Below, in pieces: positions 56,410 through 64,000 of a stretch of DNA of 64,000 bases; positions within the stretch are counted from its first letter, which is position 1, and each line of letters starts with the position of its first letter. The DNA is taken from positions 24,056,001 to 24,120,000 of the forward strand of contig OZ059900.1 in assembly GCA_964057225.1 (NCBI GenBank), in the 5' to 3' direction. This DNA comes from Auanema rhodensis (lineage: Eukaryota > Animalia > Nematoda). The position numbers and the translations under genes were made by a program. The notes under the pieces were generated by a model that worked only from the letters and a program-made list of their open reading frames with translations, did no database searches and was not told where the DNA came from.

Positions 56410-59150
56410 ATGCAATGTCAATGAAACCTAGCTCAAAATTGTTCGTACAACGTCTAGTTCCACTTTCACGACAAAAAAACAGGGGTTAGAAAATTAAGGA
56501 AATTAGCATATTCTGAGGGCACGCCCCTTATGGCTAATATTGATTAAATCGATTTTTGTTCATATGAGTCGTCAAATGCAACGAATTTCAGCGTGTTACA
56601 TACTAAAATGAAGCATTTTACATGCTGAACACTAGAAAAATACAAAAACACAGTATTTCCCATGAGAAATATTTTATCATGCTGGAAAACCAGTTTTTGG
56701 AAATTTCGCTGTAAACAAGGTTTTGACTTACGATTTCATGTGTTCAAACTCATGCAATGTCAATGAAACCTAGCTCAAAATTGTTTGTACAACGTCTAGT
56801 TCCACTTTCACGACAAAAAAACAAGGGTTAGAAAATTAAGGAAATTAGCATATTCTGAGGGCACGCCCCTTATGGCTAATATTGATTAAATCGAATTTTG
56901 TTCATATGAGTCGTCAAATGCAACGAATTTCAGCGTGTTACATACTAAAATGAAGCATTTTACATGCTGAACACTAGAAAAATACAAAAACACAGTATTT
57001 CCCATGAGAAATATTTTATCATGCTGGAAAACCAGTTTTTGGAAATTTCGCTGTAAACAAGGTTTTGACTTACGATTTCATGTGTTCAAACTCATGCAAT
57101 GTCAATGAAACCTAGCTCAAAATTGTTTGTACAACGTCTAGTTCCACTTTCACGACAAAAAAACAGGGGTTAGAAAATTAAGGAAATTAGCATATTCTGA
57201 GGGCACGCCCCTTATGGCTAATATTGATTAAATCGATTTTTGTTCATATGAGTCGTCAAATGCAACGAATTTCAGCGTGTTACAAACTAAAATGAAGCAT
57301 TTTACATGCTGAACACTAGAAAAATACAAAAACACAGTGTTTCCCATGAGAAATATTTTATTATGCTGGAAAACCAGTTTTTGGAAATTTCGCTGTAAAC
57401 AAGGTTTTGCCTTACGATTTCATGTGTTCAAACTCATGCAACGTCAATGAAACCTAGCTCAAAATTGTTCGTACAACGTCTATTTCCACTTTCACGACAA
57501 AAAAACAGGGGTTAGAAAATTAAGGAAATTAGCATATTCTGAGGGCACGCCCCTTATGGCTAATATTGATTAAATCGATTTTTGTTCATATGAGTCGTCA
57601 AATGCAACGAATTTCAGCGTGTTACACACTAAAATGAAGCATTTCACATGCTGAACACTAGAAAAATACAAAAACACAGTATTTCCCATGAGAAATATTT
57701 TATTATGCTGGAAAACCAGTTTTTGGAAATTTCGCTGTAAACAAGGTTTTGACTTACGATTTCATGTGTTCAAACTCATGCAATGTCAATGAAACCTAGC
57801 TCAAAATTGTTCGTACAACGTCTAGTTCCACTTTCACGACAAAAAAACAGGGGTTAGAAAATTAAGGAAATTAGCATATTCTGAGGGCACGCCCCTTATG
57901 GCTAATATTGATTAAATCGATTTTTGTTCATATGAGTCGTCAAATGCAACGAATTTCAGCGTGTTACATACTAAAATGAAGCATTTTACATGCTGAACAC
58001 TAGAAAAATACAAAAACACAGTATTTCCCATGAGAAATATTTTATCATGCTGGAAAACCAGTTTTTGGAAATTTCGCTGTAAACAAGGTTTTGACTTACG
58101 ATTTCATGTGTTCAAACTCATGCAATGTCAATGAAACCTAGCTCAAAATTGTTTGTACAACGTCTAGTTCCACTTTCACGACAAAAAAACAAGGGTTAGA
58201 AAATTAAGGAAATTAGCATATTCTGAGGGCACGCCCCTTATGGCTAATATTGATTAAATCGAATTTTGTTCATATGAGTCGTCAAATGCAACGAATTTCA
58301 GCGTGTTACATACTAAAATGAAGCATTTTACATGCTGAACACTAGAAAAATACAAAAACACAGTATTTCCCATGAGAAATATTTTATCATGCTGGAAAAC
58401 CAGTTTTTGGAAATTTCGCTGTAAACAAGGTTTTGACTTACGATTTCATGTGTTCAAACTCATGCAATGTCAATGAAACCTAGCTCAAAATTGTTTGTAC
58501 AACGTCTAGTTCCACTTTCACGACAAAAAAACAGGGGTTAGAAAATTAAGGAAATTAGCATATTCTGAGGGCACGCCCCTTATGGCTAATATTGATTAAA
58601 TCGATTTTTGTTCATATGAGTCGTCAAATGCAACGAATTTCAGCGTGTTACAAACTAAAATGAAGCATTTTACATGCTGAACACTAGAAAAATACAAAAA
58701 CACAGTGTTTCCCATGAGAAATATTTTATTATGCTGGAAAACCAGTTTTTGGAAATTTCGCTGTAAACAAGGTTTTGACTTACGATTTCATGTGTTCAAA
58801 CTCATGCAACGTCAATGAAACCTAGCTCAAAATTGTTCGTACAACGTCTATTTCCACTTTCACGACAAAAAAACAGGGGTTAGAAAATTAAGGAAATTAG
58901 CATATTCTGAGGGCACGCCCCTTATGGCTAATATTGATTAAATCGATTTTTGTTCATATGAGTCGTCAAATGCAACGAATTTCAGCGTGTTACACACTAA
59001 AATGAAGCATTTCACATGCTGAACACTAGAAAAATACAAAAACACAGTATTTCCCATGAGAAATATTTTATTATGCTGGAAAACCAGTTTTTGGAAATTT
59101 CGCTGTAAACAAGGTTTTGACTTACGATTTCATGTGTTCAAACTCATGCA
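56410..59150. repeat. 4-monomer (1368-bp) tandem duplication, boundaries approximate
   Basis: atcgaatttt at 56895/58263, tctatttcc at 57483/58851 and gcaacgtc at 57442/58810. Confidence 0.88.
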
Positions 59151-59489
59151 ATGTCAATGAAACCTAGCTCAAAATTGTTCGTACAACGTCTAGTTCCACT
59201 TTCACGACAAAAAAACAGGGGTTAGAAAATTAAGGAAATTAGCATATTCTGAGGGCACGCCCCTTATGGCTAATATTGATTAAATCGATTTTTGTTCATA
59301 TGAGTCGTCAAATGCAACGAATTTCAGCGTGTTACAAACTAAAATGAAGCATTTTACATGCTGAACACTAGAAAAATACAAAAACACAGTGTTTCCCATG
59401 AGAAATATTTTATTATGCTGGAAAACCAGTTTTTGGAAATTTCGCTGTAAACAAGGTTTTGACTTACGATTTCATGTGTTCAAACTCAT

Positions 59490-61100
59490 GCAATGTCAAT
59501 GAAACCTAGCTCAAAATTGTTCGTACAACGTCTAGTTCCACTTTCACGACAAAAAAACAGGGGTTAGAAAATTAAGGAAATTAGCATATTCTGAGGGCAC
59601 GCCCCTTATGGCTAATATTGATTAAATCGATTTTTGTTCATATGAGTCGTCAAATGCAACGAATTTCAGCGTGTTACATACTAAAATGAAGCATTTTACA
59701 TGCTGAACACTAGAAGAATACAAAAACACAGTATTTCCCATGAGAAATATTTTATTATGCTGGAAAACCAGTTTGTGGAAATTTCGCTGTAAACAAGGTT
59801 TTGACTTACGATTTCATGTGTTCAAACTCATGCAATGTTAATGAAACCTAGCTCAAAATTGTTCGTACAACGTCTAGTTCCACTTTCACGACAAAAAAAC
59901 AGGGGTTAGAAAATTAAGGAAATTAGCATATTCTGAGGGCACGCCCCTTATGGCTAATATTGATTAAATCGATTTTTGTTCATATGAGTCGTCAAATGCA
60001 ACGAATTTCAGCGTGTTACATACTAAAATGAAGCATTTTACATGCTGAACACTAGAAAAATACAAAAACACAGTATTTCTCATGAAAAATATTTTATTAT
60101 GCTGGAAAACCAGTTTTTGGAAATTTCGCTGTAAACAAGGTTTTGACTTACGATTTCATGTGTTCAAACTCATGCAATGTCAATGAAACCTAGCTCAAAA
60201 TTGTTCGTACAACGTCTAGTTCCACTTTCACGACAAAAAAACAGGGGTTAGAAAATTAAGGAAATTAGCATATTCTGAGGGCACGCCCCTTATGGCTAAT
60301 ATTGATTAAATCGATTTTTGTTCATATGAGTCGTCAAATGCAACGAATTTCAGCGTGTTACATACTAAAATGAAGCATTTTACATGCTGAACACTAGAAA
60401 AATACAAAAACACAGTATTTCCCATGAGAAATATTTTATTATGCTGGAAAACCAGTTTTTGGAAATTTCGCTGTAAACAAGGTTTTGACTTACGATTTCA
60501 TGTGTTCAAACTCATGCAATGTCAATGAAACCTAGCTCAAAATTGTTCGTACAACGTCTAGTTCCACTTTCACGACAAAAAAACAGGGGTTAGAAAATTA
60601 AGGAAATTAGCATATTCTGAGGGCACGCCCCTTATGGCTAATATTGATTAAATCGATTTTTGTTCATATGAGTCGTCAAATGCAACGAATTTCAGCGTGT
60701 TACATACTAAAATGAAGCATTTTACATGCTGAACACTAGAAGAATACAAAAACACAGTATTTCCCATGAGAAATATTTTATTATGCTGGAAAACCAGTTT
60801 GTGGAAATTTCGCTGTAAACAAGGTTTTGACTTACGATTTCATGTGTTCAAACTCATGCAATGTTAATGAAACCTAGCTCAAAATTGTTCGTACAACGTC
60901 TAGTTCCACTTTCACGACAAAAAAACAGGGGTTAGAAAATTAAGGAAATTAGCATATTCTGAGGGCACGCCCCTTATGGCTAATATTGATTAAATCGATT
61001 TTTGTTCATATGAGTCGTCAAATGCAACGAATTTCAGCGTGTTACATACTAAAATGAAGCATTTTACATGCTGAACACTAGAAAAATACAAAAACACAGT
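59490..61100. repeat. 3-monomer-offset (1026-bp) duplication, boundaries approximate
   Basis: aatgttaatg at 59839/60865 and tttgtgg at 59775/60801. Confidence 0.75.
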
Positions 61101-64000
61101 ATTTCCCATGAGAAATATTTTATCATGCTGGAAAACCAGTTTTTGGAAATTTCGCTGTAAACAAGGTTTTGACTTACGATTTCATGTGTTCAAACTCATG
61201 CAATGTCAATGAAACCTAGCTCAAAATTGTTTGTACAACGTCTAGTTCCACTTTCACGACAAAAAAACAAGGGTTAGAAAATTAAGGAAATTAGCATATT
61301 CTGAGGGCACGCCCCTTATGGCTAATATTGATTAAATCGATTTTTGTTCATATGAGTCGTCAAATGCAACGAATTTCAGCGTGTTACATACTAAAATGAA
61401 GCATTTTACATGCTGAACACTAGAAAAATACAAAAACACAGTATTTCCCATGAGAAATATTTTATTATGCTGGAAAACCAGTTTTTGGAAATTTCGCTGT
61501 AAACAAGGTTTTGACTTACGATTTCATGTGTTCAAACTCATGCAATGTCAATGAAACCTAGCTCAAAATTGTTCGTACAACGTCTAGTTCCACTTTCACG
61601 ACAAAAAAACAGGGGTTAGAAAATTAAGGAAATTAGCATATTCTGAGGGCACGCCCCTTATGGCTAATATTGATTAAATCGATTTTTGTTCATATGAGTC
61701 GTCAAATGCAACGAATTACAGCGTGTTACATACTAAAATGAAGCATTTTACATGCTGAACACTAGAAAAATACAAAAACACAGTATTTCCCATGAGAAAT
61801 ATTTTATTATGCTGGAAAACCAGTTTTTGGAAATTTCGCTGTAAACAAGGTTTTGACTTACGATTTCATGTGTTCAAAGTCATGCAATGTCAATGAAACC
61901 TAGCTCAAAATTGTTCGTACAACGTCTAGTTCCACTTTCACGACAAAAAAACAGGGGTTAGAAAATTAAGGAAATTAGCATATTCTGAGGGCACGCCCCT
62001 TATGGCTAATATTGATTAAATCGATTTTTGTTCATATGAGTCGTCAAATGCAACGAATTTCAGCGTGTTACATACTAAAATGAAGCATTTTACATGCTGA
62101 ACACTAGAAGAATACAAAAACACAGTATTTCCCATGAGAAATATTTTATTATGCTGGAAAACCAGTTTTTGGAAATTTCGCTGTAAACAAGGTTTTGACT
62201 TACGATTTCATGTGTTCAAACTCATGCAATGTCAATGAAACCTAGCTCAAAATTGTTCGTACAACGTCTAGTTCCACTTTCACGACAAAAAAACAGGGGT
62301 TAGAAAATTAAGGAAATTAGCATATTCTGAGGGCACGCCCCTTATGGCTAATATTGATTAAATCGATTTTTGTTCATATGAGTCGTCAAATGCAACGAAT
62401 TTCAGCGTGTTACATACTAAAATGAAGCATTTTACATGCTGAACACTAGAAAAATACAAAAACACAGTATTTCCCATGAGAAATATTTTATCATGCTGGA
62501 AAACCAGTTTTTGGAAATTTCGCTGTAAACAAGGTTTTGACTTACGATTTCATGTGTTCAAACTCATGCAATGTCAATGAAACCTAGCTCAAAATTGTTC
62601 GTACAACGTCTAGTTCCACTTTCACGACAAAAAAACAGGGGTTAGAAAATTAAGGAAATTAGCATATTCTGAGGGCACGCCCCTTATGGCTAATATTGAT
62701 TAAATCGATTTTTGTTCATATGAGTTGTCAAATGCAACGAATTTCAGCGTGTTACACATTAAAATGAAGCATTTTACATTCTGAACACTAGAAAAATACA
62801 AAAACACAGTATTTCCCATGAGAAATATTTTATCATGCTGGAAAACCAGTTTTTGGAAATTTCGCTGTAAACAAGGTTTTGACTTACGATTTCATGTGTT
62901 CAAACTCATGCAATGTCAATGAAACCTAGCTCAAAATTGTTTGTACAACGTCTAGTTCCACTTTCACGACAAAAAAACAGGGGTTAGAAAATTAAGAAAA
63001 TTAGCATATTCTGAGGGCACGCCCCTTATGGCTAATATTGATTAAATCGATTTTTGTTCATATGAGTCGTCAAATGCAACGAATTTCAGCGTGTTACAAA
63101 CTAAAATGAAGCATTTTACATGCTGAACACTAGAAAAATACAAAAACACAGTGTTTCCCATGAGAAATATTTTATTATGCTGGAAAACCAGTTTTTGGAA
63201 ATTTCGCTGTAAACAAGGTTTTGACTTACGATTTCATGTGTTCAAACTCATGCAACGTCAATGAAACCTAGCTCAAAATTGTTCGTACAACGTCTAGTTC
63301 CACTTTCACGACAAAAAAACAGGGGTTAGAAAATTAAGGAAATTAGCATATTCTGAGGGCACGCCCCTTATGGCTAATATTGATTAAATCGATTTTTGTT
63401 CATATGAGTCGTCAAATGCAACGAATTTCAGCGTGTTACATACTAAAATGAAGCATTTTACATGCTGAACACTAGAAAAATACAAAAACACAGTATTTCC
63501 CATGAGAAATATTTTATCATGCTGGAAAACCAGTTTTTGGAAATTTCGCTGTAAACAAGGTTTTGACTTACGATTTCATGTGTTCAAACTCATGCAATGT
63601 CAATGAAACCTAGCTCAAAATTGTTTGTACAACGTCTAGTTCCACTTTCACGACAAAAAAACAGGGGTTAGAAAATTAAGGAAATTAGCATATTCTGAGG
63701 GCACGCCCCTTATGGCTAATATTGATTAAATCGATTTTTGTTCATATGAGTCGTCAAATGCAACGAATTTCAGCGTGTTACACATTAAAATGAAGCATTT
63801 TACATGCTGAACACTAGAAAAATACAAAAACACAGTATTTCCCATGAGAAATATTTTATCATGCTGGAAAACCAGTTTTTGGAAATTTCGCTGTAAACAA
63901 GGTTTTGACTTACGATTTCATGTGTTCAAACTCATGCAACGTCAATGAAACCTAGCTCAAAATTGTTCGTACAACGTCTAGTTCCACTTTCACGACAAGA

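Larger units (their letters stand above)
4771..64000. repeat. Satellite B: highly homogeneous head-to-tail tandem array of a 342-bp monomer; 173 full copies plus a 71-bp partial copy, truncated by the right window edge
   Basis: actcatgcaatgtcaatgaaacctagc at 4771, 5113 and so on; the last start is at 63930 (173x342 - 7, accounted for by eight 1-bp deletions and one 1-bp insertion). Monomers typically differ from consensus at 0-5 sites. My count gives 116/342 G+C. All copies have the same orientation and there are no interruptions. Confidence 0.99.

Noticed and set aside
1-64000. CRISPR array or repeat-spacer system
   Set aside because: Monomers are near-identical over their full length, with no unique spacers, no leader and no cas or other ORFs.
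4771-64000. Primate alpha-satellite dimer (2x171 bp)
   Set aside because: The length fits and a few short words look similar (cagttttt-gga, gaaatat, actaga), but they are not colinear with the alphoid consensus as I recall it, the halves are far too dissimilar, and CpG is not depleted.
1-64000. Tandem 5S rDNA, tRNA, snRNA or spliced-leader gene array
   Set aside because: Neither monomer contains recognisable 5S, tRNA (A/B box, cloverleaf), snRNA or SL sequence on either strand by inspection. An Infernal/Rfam scan would confirm this.
4771-64000. Methylation-driven CpG decay signature
   Set aside because: A few variants are CpG transitions (ttcgtac>tttgtac, cacgac>cacaac, 22172, 62726), but most are not, and about 10 CpGs per monomer persist.
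4771-64000. Inversions or strand switches within the arrays
   Set aside because: All monomers read in the same orientation, and the phase is fully accounted for by nine single-base indels.

Overview
The window is entirely eukaryotic-type satellite DNA, with no credible genes, RNA genes, CRISPR arrays or intact mobile elements. It holds two AT-rich tandem arrays meeting at a sharp junction. Satellite A (1-4758) has 20 full units plus a partial unit of a 232/225-bp monomer. Satellite B (4771-64000) has 173 full units plus 71 bp of a highly homogeneous 342-bp monomer (about 34% GC, about 10 CpG per monomer, so not CpG-depleted, which would fit an invertebrate but does not establish it). A 12-nt filler (4759-4770) joins the two arrays. 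Diagnostic SNPs in array B reveal a patchwork of local higher-order repeats and duplications (2-, 3-, 4-, 5-, 7/8-, 8-, 9- and 10-mers), a cluster of 1-bp deletions at 33-38 kb, and variant sharing between distant parts of the array. The B monomer is rich in dyad symmetries and may be an ancient dimer. The single 65-aa ORF is a by-product of one SNP in one monomer. I cannot assign either satellite to a named family or species. A centromeric or pericentromeric role is a hypothesis, not an observation, and I found no evidence for a novel protein-coding system.
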